Positions 56,231 through 64,000 of a stretch of 64,000 nt of DNA are shown piece after piece. The notes under the pieces are model-generated. The model was not told the DNA's origin. It worked only from the letters and a program-made list of their open reading frames with translations, and ran no database searches. Each line of letters begins with the position of its first letter. Within the stretch, counting starts at the first letter, position 1. The stretch is from a virus. Its lineage: Duplodnaviria; Caudoviricetes. Position numbers and translations under genes: made by a program. The stretch is taken from the IMG/VR virus record IMGVR_UViG_3300042549_006197, positions 9,164 through 73,163 of that record; one strand, written 5' to 3'.

Positions 56231-56623
56231 TTAGCTATCTTTAAATAACTTCTCTAAGATCTCTTTAGCATCATTGATGTTAGAAATATAACCCATGTTT
56301 CTGTTCAGTTTTGTTTGCTTTGTCTTTACCTTTTCAGATTGTCTAATGTAAGACTGGTAGAGAGTGATCATTTCAATATCGGAAGATTCACTCATTGTAA
56401 GGATATCATCCATGTTCAGAATGAACATGTCTTCAGTGGTTGTTTTTAACCATGGTTCTAGTTTGTATCCCATGATTCCCATTCTTCCTTTAATTTCAGA
56501 AATGATAATGGGATTTGATACTAAAAGAAGTGTTCTGTCTTCCTCTTCGGTAGCTGCTACCTTAGCGAAGATTTCTTCTCCTGTTTTTAATTTGAGTGTT
56601 GCATAAAAATCGTCTTCGATCAT
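56231..56623 (-). CDS. conserved cyanophage protein (Sm-like fold)
   Basis: FYATLKLKTGEEIFAKV, KLEPWLK; between uvsW and gp55. Confidence 0.75.
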   Translation of the reverse strand: MIEDDFYATLKLKTGEEIFAKVAATEEEDRTLLLVSNPIIISEIKGRMGIMGYKLEPWLKTTTEDMFILNMDDILTMSESSDIEMITLYQSYIRQSEKVKTKQTKLNRNMGYISNINDAKEILEKLFKDS

Positions 56624-58098
56624 ACCTTTAATTTAATTGTGATTATATCATAGTTAAAATTTTCTTCATTGTAGATTTTTACTCTTTCAATAAAATGATT
56701 TAAAGTATAGTTTTTTCTTGATTTATATGTACAATCGTCAGAGATGTCGTAGAGTACTGCTTCAGATTTATTTTTTCCTTTTCTAAGTACTCTTCCAATC
56801 GATTGTAAATTTCTAATTCTCGATTTACTGGGTGAAGCGAAGATAACATTGTGGAGTCTTTTAATATTAATACCAGTAGAAAAAGTTCCATAAGAGGCAA
56901 CGATAATAGCGTTGTTTTCCCTTTCAGTAATTTCTCGAACTAACTCTCTTTCTTCAGTATCAACTCCACCATGTACAAAAAATACCTTGCGGTCGTCACC
57001 CTTATCATTATTTATCTTTTCGTAGAGTACTGCTCCGTGGGCTTCAACTCTTGCAAAAAGAACAAGTGTGTTTCCTTTTAGATCTAGTGCAAGGTTCTTA
57101 ATAAATTTGTTTCTTTGTTCATGTGATATTAAATACTGAATTTCATCCTCATAAGTTTCAAATTTTTGTGGAGGATGTTTCAAGACTAAACAGCGAATAT
57201 TGAGTTGAGAAAGATGTCCTTGTCTCATCAACTCTTCAGTTTTAGTTACCTTATATGATGGACCAAACAATCCTTCCAAAACCCACTTGTGAGTTTGAGT
57301 TCCATCCAATGTTCCAGTAAAACCAAAGCGATATTTTGCATGGTGTAATTTTGTCATTATAGATATTAATGACTTACTCTTAAAGAGATGAGCTTCATCT
57401 CCAATGATTACATTGTAATCTTCAAAGAATGATCGATCCAATTTATAAATTGATTGCCAAGTAGTAATTGTAATTGGATGTTCGTTAGTTTTTTCTTTTC
57501 CTGCGTATATTTGGTGACAGCATGACTCAACATCCATCCCATAATCATGAAAGTCCCCGTATAGTTGACTTACAAGACTGGTCGTTGGAACGACTACAAG
57601 AATTTTTTCGTTCCTATCCATATAGTAGCGCACGAGGGCGTAAATCATCAGCGATTTACCTGACGCAGTGGGACTTATCAGCAACTTTCGATTATGTCGT
57701 AGGGCATCATATACTCCCTCAATTTGATAATCCCGAGGAGTATGTGAGCATATAGAATTCATATAATCTTTTACGCCTTCATATGATATCAGTTCGTTAA
57801 CTTCAAATGGAAACCCGTAAAATTTATTATCTTCAAAACGATAAGTGTATCCGTATTGCTCGCAGAAAGATACAATCTTATCTAAAAGACCCACATAGAT
57901 TTGTTTGGATCTCATATCAAACAGATGAATTTCTCCATTCCAATTTCTGCCACGATACTGTGGCATGAACTTTGCATTAGGAACGTCGAATTTAAAATGA
58001 TCCCTTAACTCATATTCTATATGAGGTTCAGTTTGAATCTTTAAAAAGACTTCATTAGATTTAGATATAACAAGATTAGCTGCGCTCGTATGAATCAC
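56620..58098 (-). CDS. uvsW: SF2 helicase UvsW
   Basis: PRDYQ, SPTASGKS, DEAH, TGT, QSIGRVLR. Confidence 0.95.
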   Translation of the reverse strand: MIHTSAANLVISKSNEVFLKIQTEPHIEYELRDHFKFDVPNAKFMPQYRGRNWNGEIHLFDMRSKQIYVGLLDKIVSFCEQYGYTYRFEDNKFYGFPFEVNELISYEGVKDYMNSICSHTPRDYQIEGVYDALRHNRKLLISPTASGKSLMIYALVRYYMDRNEKILVVVPTTSLVSQLYGDFHDYGMDVESCCHQIYAGKEKTNEHPITITTWQSIYKLDRSFFEDYNVIIGDEAHLFKSKSLISIMTKLHHAKYRFGFTGTLDGTQTHKWVLEGLFGPSYKVTKTEELMRQGHLSQLNIRCLVLKHPPQKFETYEDEIQYLISHEQRNKFIKNLALDLKGNTLVLFARVEAHGAVLYEKINNDKGDDRKVFFVHGGVDTEERELVREITERENNAIIVASYGTFSTGINIKRLHNVIFASPSKSRIRNLQSIGRVLRKGKNKSEAVLYDISDDCTYKSRKNYTLNHFIERVKIYNEENFNYDIITIKLKV

Positions 58099-58126
58099 AT
58101 CTTTCCATTCATCTTATTAATATTTA

Positions 58127-58564
58127 TTAACCCAGTCCAGATTGGAATCTTATGAATTCAATTGCATTCTTAATTTGATACGTTCGATTTCCAACTTGCT
58201 TCAGAATACTTTCAATATAAACAAGCATTGTTTCATAATAATCAATCTTCAAACAAACTTGAGATAGTTTTTGATCTGCATCGAGATACTTCTGCATCGT
58301 TTCTTTATCTCGAATTTTTTTAGGGAACGGACTATCAATATAAACTTCTGGATCTGCTTTACCAGAATAATACTCATATCTTTCATGACGAATATTTCTC
58401 TTTTGCTGTTCTGCTTTTTTTCTTAAAAGTAAAATGTTATTATAAAGTTCAAAATATTTTGCATGGAGTGTTGGGATGTTTAAAGATTCTGTATGAAGAT
58501 TATCCACATCAATCTTTGAATCTTCCTCCCACATTCTTTGTATAGTGTCAAGGTCAAAACTCAT
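58127..58564 (-). CDS. uvsY: recombination mediator UvsY
   Basis: LHAKY, YYSGKA, R.YQIKNAIE. Confidence 0.9.
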   Translation of the reverse strand: MSFDLDTIQRMWEEDSKIDVDNLHTESLNIPTLHAKYFELYNNILLLRKKAEQQKRNIRHERYEYYSGKADPEVYIDSPFPKKIRDKETMQKYLDADQKLSQVCLKIDYYETMLVYIESILKQVGNRTYQIKNAIEFIRFQSGLG

Positions 58565-59124
58565 AGTTTATTTCCATTCATATCAGTTATATCATATACA
58601 GTATACTTGAAAGTTACCTCCGCAGTCAAATATTCAATATCAGTGTCAGTTGCATCAAACTGTAAATTAGATATTGAATATGGCCAAAGATCTTTAAATT
58701 TTAATTTGAAATTTGGTTTACTTGAACTTGTCAATACGTGAAGAGTTCCATCTGAATAGATGTTCATTAACTTTGTATCACTTGTGTCAACATATTCCTG
58801 TTGATTCTGTAAGGCATAGATTTCTTGTAGACTTTCTGGAAATCCAAGTCCACGAATCCAATTCTGAATCTCCATATAATTTTCAAGATTTTCATCAACT
58901 AAAAACCTGAGCGTTAAATCATCAAACTCAATCTTATCGCCAGGAGTATCAATGTTCTTGAGATATGATGGTTGCACCGCAATCCCTAAATTGAGACCAG
59001 GAATGTTTGCAGAGTTTGAAAAAAATGCAACCTTAGGTGATCTATTTAATGTAAACTTAAAACCTACGGGAGATAAAAAATTTCTATTTTGTATCTGCGT
59101 AGAAAATGCGTTTCCAGTAGCCAT
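58561..59124 (-). CDS. gp3: tail completion protein
   Basis: NFLSPVGFKF, PGDKIEF, FLVDENLENY, TFKY. Confidence 0.85.
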   Translation of the reverse strand: MATGNAFSTQIQNRNFLSPVGFKFTLNRSPKVAFFSNSANIPGLNLGIAVQPSYLKNIDTPGDKIEFDDLTLRFLVDENLENYMEIQNWIRGLGFPESLQEIYALQNQQEYVDTSDTKLMNIYSDGTLHVLTSSSKPNFKLKFKDLWPYSISNLQFDATDTDIEYLTAEVTFKYTVYDITDMNGNKL

Positions 59125-59142
59125 TTTTATTTCTATTTAGAA

Positions 59143-59168
59143 TAAAAAAGGGACCCTTTCGGGTCCCC
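59143..59168 (-). terminator. terminator after major capsid gene
   Basis: GGGACCC-GAAA-GGGTCCC followed by T6. Confidence 0.9.
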
Positions 59169-59190
59169 AGTATAACCTTTGTGAAATGGA

Positions 59191-60609
59191 TCACATGAGG
59201 TTCTTAACTGCAACGCGACGATAGTAGCGGTTGCTGTTAACACGCAGTCTTCCGAGACCCTGGTTTGTACCTTCAGCGAATGGGTTGGCAACAATACCGT
59301 AACGGGTCTTGAAGCCGATTTTTGGCTGGAAGGAGTTCTCACCAACGGCACGAACCATTTGGAGAGGAACATATGGGCAATAGAAGAGACCTGCATCATA
59401 AGGCGAAGAACCCTTATAACCAACAACGTAGTACTGGTTGGATCCTTGTGCCAGACCGCTGTTATCAGCAGCCAGGTTTGCCGAATATGGGTCGATATAT
59501 ACGCGATACTTACCTTGGATTGTACCAGCGAAGGTGTTGCCGGTATCATCAACGTTCAGGTTAGCGTTGAGTGCAGGGGTGTAATCGAGAACACCAGCCA
59601 TGGTCAGTGCTGAAGCAACGTCAGCAGAGCACATGATGATGTTGCCCTTGCCGCGACGAGTTCTCTGAGCGATTCTGTTTGCATCTCTTTCGATTTGGAA
59701 CAGAAGACCCTTGAACTTTTCAACGGACCAACGACCGTTGGAGTCGATGTCGAGGTCGAATACACCAGCGGTAGCGGTGTTTTCTACAGCACCTTGCTCA
59801 GCAATCTTGTAGATGGTTCTGATAACTTCGCGGTTGATTTCAGCAAGAATCTCGGTTGAGAGAATGTTTGCTAATTCAGCCTCAGCATTCAGACCGTGGA
59901 TTGCCTTGAGGTCTTGAGCGAGCTCGAGTGAGTACTCAGCCTTCAGTGCGCGTGACTTAGCAGTTACAGTGACTTTCTCGATCGAGAATGCCATCTGGTT
60001 GAAAGCGTTGCTTCCGCTATCCAGATTCTCAGCATCGCCAGTTGGCATACCCGAACCTACGTTGTACGCGGTTGAGGTTGCAGTACCAACAGGGTTCAGG
60101 ATTGAAGGGTTGGTGCCACCCTGAGTAGTTGTACCGATACCAGCAGCAGCATCAGCGAAACCACCAGTAACATCGAATCCAGCATCTTGACCAGAGAATG
60201 CGGTATCAACTTCGTTGAAGAAGCTCTCAGTTCCACTCTGGTTGTTGTAGCGGGAACGCATTGCGAAGATGAGTCCAGTAGGACCGCTCATTGGTTGAAC
60301 GCCAGCCAGGTCATAAGCGACCAGATTTGGCATTGAACGACGGATCAGCGAGATCAGAACTGGGTCGAAACCAGCGGTAGGACCAGCAGCAGCAGATCCA
60401 CCAGTGAAACCACCAGTACCGGTTGAGTTGGTTGGTGATTCCATCAGGCTCATGCCTGAGGAGAATGATGCTTCCTCACGGAGGAATTTTTCTTGGTTTT
60501 CTAACAGGACGGCGGTTACCGCTCTACGATGGGAATCTTTGATTTGATCAAGACCCTCATAGTTGAGGAGTGGTGCCCACTTTTCCTGCAGATGTTCTGC
60601 GTTGAACAT
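59191..60609 (-). CDS. gp23: major capsid protein
   Basis: LLENQE, GVQPMSGPTGLIFAMR, KSRALKAEYS.ELAQDLKAIHG, FQPKIGFKTRYG. Confidence 0.98.
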   Translation of the reverse strand: MFNAEHLQEKWAPLLNYEGLDQIKDSHRRAVTAVLLENQEKFLREEASFSSGMSLMESPTNSTGTGGFTGGSAAAGPTAGFDPVLISLIRRSMPNLVAYDLAGVQPMSGPTGLIFAMRSRYNNQSGTESFFNEVDTAFSGQDAGFDVTGGFADAAAGIGTTTQGGTNPSILNPVGTATSTAYNVGSGMPTGDAENLDSGSNAFNQMAFSIEKVTVTAKSRALKAEYSLELAQDLKAIHGLNAEAELANILSTEILAEINREVIRTIYKIAEQGAVENTATAGVFDLDIDSNGRWSVEKFKGLLFQIERDANRIAQRTRRGKGNIIMCSADVASALTMAGVLDYTPALNANLNVDDTGNTFAGTIQGKYRVYIDPYSANLAADNSGLAQGSNQYYVVGYKGSSPYDAGLFYCPYVPLQMVRAVGENSFQPKIGFKTRYGIVANPFAEGTNQGLGRLRVNSNRYYRRVAVKNLM

Positions 60610-60653
60610 TTGCGTGTACCTTTGTGAATGTTTGCGTTTGATTAATCTTAAAT

Positions 60654-61766
60654 TCAGTTTTTAGCAACTGCTTGAAGCGTTCTCAGATATGCAGCCATTG
60701 GACCTGAAACGGATTCAGGTGACTGGTCTACACCCTCAGAGAGAGTTTCAGTGTGTGCCTTTGGAGTTTTATTCGCTGGGAAATATGATTCCTTCAGCAT
60801 CTCCAGTTTTTCACGATATTCTTCCTCACTTTCAAACTCAACACTTTCGGCAAGTGAAGCGAGCTTTTCTTTCTGAGTAACAGCAAGTCCCTCAGAAACT
60901 TGATCTAAAATCCCATCAGCAACCGACTCTGCGAGACGCTTGTTAAGGGAAACGTTTTTCTCAATTTGCTCGTTGAGTTTTGTCTCCATTTCATCAAGTT
61001 TTTCTACCATGCTCTCTAAAACATCATATTTATCTTCAGGGATTGAAACATAATGATCTTCAAAAAGTCCTCTCATTCCTTGGAGGAATGATTCGGTCAT
61101 TTCGGTCTTAAGACCGTGCTCAATTGCGAGTTCGTTTTCTACGAACCACTCTTCTGAAACGTATTCGAGATAAGCATCGACACGCTCAGCGAGTGCTTCT
61201 TTGATAACTTCTACTTCTTCTACAAGTTTTTGCTCATATTGAGCTTCGATTGCTTCTTTAATTTCAGCAACCTTAGACTTCAGAGCAGCTTCAAAGATGG
61301 TCTTTGCTTTTTCTTTGAAACCTTCGGAGAGTTCTTCTCCACCGAGGAGTGCATTTACATCATCTTCGATTTGGAATGACTCTTCCATCTCTTCTTCCTC
61401 TTCCTCTTCTTCCTCTTCTTTTTTGCTTTCTTTCTTTTCTTCTTCGTGCTTAGCTTCTAAGAGTTCTTCTTCATCCTCTTCAACTTCTTCCTTCATACCT
61501 TTCATAGGATCGGCAGACTTAGCACCCTTATTGACAACATCTCTGACTTGCTTCAGAGTTGCACCAGGAGTCTTCAGCTTTGCTGAATCATCATCGGGGC
61601 GATAGTTAGAAGGATCTGGACCACCAAGATCTTCTACATGTCCAAGTTGTGTACCTGGATCTGCCATATGAGGCATCGATTCCGCTGCCTTAGCATTTGC
61701 ATTTACGGCAGTTTTGGATTGTGTAGTGCCTACTTCCATTTCTTGTAATTGTTTGCCACGAGACAT
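60654..61766 (-). CDS. gp22: prohead core scaffold protein
   Basis: FKEKAKTIFEAA, VDAYLEYV..EW, acidic; between gp21 and gp23. Confidence 0.93.
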   Translation of the reverse strand: MSRGKQLQEMEVGTTQSKTAVNANAKAAESMPHMADPGTQLGHVEDLGGPDPSNYRPDDDSAKLKTPGATLKQVRDVVNKGAKSADPMKGMKEEVEEDEEELLEAKHEEEKKESKKEEEEEEEEEEMEESFQIEDDVNALLGGEELSEGFKEKAKTIFEAALKSKVAEIKEAIEAQYEQKLVEEVEVIKEALAERVDAYLEYVSEEWFVENELAIEHGLKTEMTESFLQGMRGLFEDHYVSIPEDKYDVLESMVEKLDEMETKLNEQIEKNVSLNKRLAESVADGILDQVSEGLAVTQKEKLASLAESVEFESEEEYREKLEMLKESYFPANKTPKAHTETLSEGVDQSPESVSGPMAAYLRTLQAVAKN

Positions 61767-61804
61767 TTGAACTCTCCGTTTAACCTTTGGTTATAAACTA
61801 TATT

Positions 61805-61812
61805 TATTTATA
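61805..61812 (-). promoter_or_regulatory. T4-type late promoter
   Basis: TATAAATA upstream of gp22. Confidence 0.8.
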
Positions 61813-61822
61813 ATTTGACAAA

Positions 61823-62473
61823 TTACAGATTATTTAAGAAATCGTTGAACAGATTCAGTTTCTGCTCATCCAATTTCTTTTGATCAACAAGAGTATTAAT
61901 TCTCTTGTAGGTCTTTACAGCATACTTTTCACGAAGAATGCCGCCATCCCAAACCCATTCTTTACCTTCCATAATTCCAGATACAAATGCATCAGGAGCA
62001 GAAGGATCCGCTACGATATCTGCAGCGGTTGCAAGCATAAAGTCTTCTCCAACAACATTGATTCCTTCACGACTAACGCGAAGAGAACCAACACCACGAG
62101 AAGAAACACCTAACTTAACACCTTCAGAAATCAGCGATTCTGCAATTTTTCCCATTGGTGTATTCAGGATTTTAGCCTTACCAATGAAGTTAGAACCACT
62201 TTCACGAAGAGAAGTAATTTTATGCGAAACTCTATCAAGATTTACAGTAGGACCATCTGGGTGACCGAGTTCTCCAAGTGCTCTTCCAGCCATAACATGG
62301 TTTTCGTTATAACGAGCAACTTCACGACGAAGAGTTTCCATAGGATACATACGACCATTGCGGTTCTTGATATCCCCTTGAAGGAAAACGCCTTCAATAT
62401 ACAGTGACTTTTTACCGTTGCGCTCTTCAACGATAAACTCTACTGATTCGATTTCTTCCCTGATGAGTTTCAT
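61823..62473 (-). CDS. gp21: prohead protease
   Basis: NRNGRMYP, GELGHP, GVSSRG.GS, DIVADPSAPDA. Confidence 0.96.
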   Translation of the reverse strand: MKLIREEIESVEFIVEERNGKKSLYIEGVFLQGDIKNRNGRMYPMETLRREVARYNENHVMAGRALGELGHPDGPTVNLDRVSHKITSLRESGSNFIGKAKILNTPMGKIAESLISEGVKLGVSSRGVGSLRVSREGINVVGEDFMLATAADIVADPSAPDAFVSGIMEGKEWVWDGGILREKYAVKTYKRINTLVDQKKLDEQKLNLFNDFLNNL

Positions 62474-63027
62474 TATGCTTGACCTGTAATTTGAACTTGT
62501 TGTGTATAAAGGATTCCAGCACCAGTATCGGTAATGGCTGCAACTTTAATGGAGTTTCTCAAAATTGCATCTGGATCACTAAATGCTGTAGCAATTCCTG
62601 AAGTAGTAATTGCAATTCCAATTCTTGTTGAAAAATAACCACTCTGATTTGAAGTATTGAATACTTCAGTTACAGGCCCATGAACAAAATTATAATAAGT
62701 TTGCTGAGATGCAGTCAGGCTTACATAATCTCCAATGCCAAAAGGTGATGCTTGGCCTTCTGGAAAATCGATATAAGTTGTGGTTGCCCCAGTAGTCACA
62801 CCAGAAACTCTTGCAGAACCATTATCAATTGCAAGAGTTGCAGAAGTTCCAGCTGGAACACAATAATCGCTAAGAGTTGCAGTTGGCTCAGTTCCAATTG
62901 CTACAAACGCATTTGCGCCAGTTGCAACTATTCTGAGAGTATTGCTTCTCCCAGAGAACGCTGCTGATTTTGCTGATGTTGTGGATGTGGCAAAAGAAAC
63001 TCCAGATCCAACTGGTCTATGTGTCAT
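62473..63027 (-). CDS. putative virion structural protein
   Basis: Thr/Ser/Ala-rich beta protein; TATAAATA at 63052-63059. Confidence 0.65.
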   Translation of the reverse strand: MTHRPVGSGVSFATSTTSAKSAAFSGRSNTLRIVATGANAFVAIGTEPTATLSDYCVPAGTSATLAIDNGSARVSGVTTGATTTYIDFPEGQASPFGIGDYVSLTASQQTYYNFVHGPVTEVFNTSNQSGYFSTRIGIAITTSGIATAFSDPDAILRNSIKVAAITDTGAGILYTQQVQITGQA

Positions 63028-63079
63028 TATTCGTATAATACATTTATTAGTTATTTATAAATTTGCAATTATAGCATTA

Positions 63080-64000
63080 TTATACAGAGACTACTGTAAG
63101 AATAATTGATGGAATAGCAGGAACAACTCCACTTGCGTTCCTTGCTTTGATTTCAACGTGAATATCAGTAGAACTCCACATAAGTTCATAATAATCATTC
63201 GCAGAAGCAGATACTACATAATTCCAAGCAGCAATTGCTTCTGCTGCTGTTCCTTGAACTGCAATTTCTCCTGCACTATTTGGAACATCTACTCCATTTT
63301 TTTTCAACCAAATATAAACGTGTGCTAGAGAACCTTGTGACTTATCAATTTGTAAAGAAAATTGAATATTATATATTCCAGAGTTTGCAATGACAATATG
63401 AGAACTATTTGCGATAGATACTTGATTTGATATATCAGTCGTATTGATTGTAAATGGTTGATATGTATTGATGCCTACTGCATTTTGTGTTGTGGTATCA
63501 TAAAAACTTCCATAATATCCTGTAACAATACCAACAATATTTCCTGAATTAATAGTTACAAACTCAGCTTCATTTGTAGTTGAGTTCCATTGAAGAAATT
63601 TGTCATCATAAAAACTTGAATTTGTTGCAACACCTACAACATCATCCAAGTATCTTAATCTCGTTTCCCCACCGCCACCTAATGTGGAAAGTTGTTGTTG
63701 AATGCGATTGATGAATAACTTATAATGCTGTTGAAGCTGATCTAAAGTTACAAAATTTTGATTAAGTGGAGTAAGAGGATCTGAATTTTTCTCATTGGAG
63801 GGAATATTTAATAATCCTTCTTTGATATATTTTTTAGTATCTTGTTGAGGTTCTGGGTTAATGATATTTCTAACAATATCATTAATACCCTTTACCCCCT
63901 CTTCCACTTCTTCAATAATATTATCAACTAATTCTTGTTGATCTTCTTTATATTCATTTTCTGTAAGTTTGCGAAGTATATTTTCTACGACATCATTTGC
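63080..64000 (-). CDS. putative virion structural protein (5' end outside window)
   Basis: Frame open to the window edge; STLGGGGE.RL..LDDV linker, C-terminal YGSFYD..GIYNIQFSLQ beta domain. Confidence 0.65.
   Translation of the reverse strand, partial: ANDVVENILRKLTENEYKEDQQELVDNIIEEVEEGVKGINDIVRNIINPEPQQDTKKYIKEGLLNIPSNEKNSDPLTPLNQNFVTLDQLQQHYKLFINRIQQQLSTLGGGGETRLRYLDDVVGVATNSSFYDDKFLQWNSTTNEAEFVTINSGNIVGIVTGYYGSFYDTTTQNAVGINTYQPFTINTTDISNQVSIANSSHIVIANSGIYNIQFSLQIDKSQGSLAHVYIWLKKNGVDVPNSAGEIAVQGTAAEAIAAWNYVVSASANDYYELMWSSTDIHVEIKARNASGVVPAIPSIILTVVSV

Noticed and set aside
61380-61490. (TCT/TCC)n low-complexity repeat
   Set aside because: Encodes the poly-Glu tract normal for the gp22 scaffold.

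Overview
This is a 64 kb segment of a T4-like cyanophage (cyanomyovirus; the gene set suggests a freshwater Synechococcus/Cyanobium-type host). Nearly everything is on the minus strand. In transcription order (right to left) it holds the head module (gp21, gp22, gp23), gp3, uvsY, uvsW, gp55, gp47/gp46, a CobT/CobS-like pair, the replication core (gp45, gp44, gp62, regA, hsp20, gp43, uvsX, gp41), mazG, a cytidyltransferase, primase, nrdA/nrdB, nine tRNAs, Dps, an ~11 kb nucleotide-sugar/glycosyltransferase operon containing nadE, an outer-membrane barrel protein, two hli genes, a peroxiredoxin and a lysis-like cassette. AT-rich tailoring-enzyme genes (2OG-Fe(II) oxygenases, a JmjC-like cupin, a halogenase, a carbamoyltransferase) are inserted singly between core genes. 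The most interesting non-obvious signals are: a wcaG-like array of covarying RNA modules interleaved with ORFs (16.25-17.36 kb); a pseudoknotted ribozyme-like element between two tRNAs (17.92-18.0 kb); a structured leader before a cell-wall hydrolase (24.76-24.85 kb); a peptidase and a lysozyme sharing an unknown N-terminal module; and an HLR1-like box on the hli promoter. All calls come from reading motifs by eye; no searches were run.
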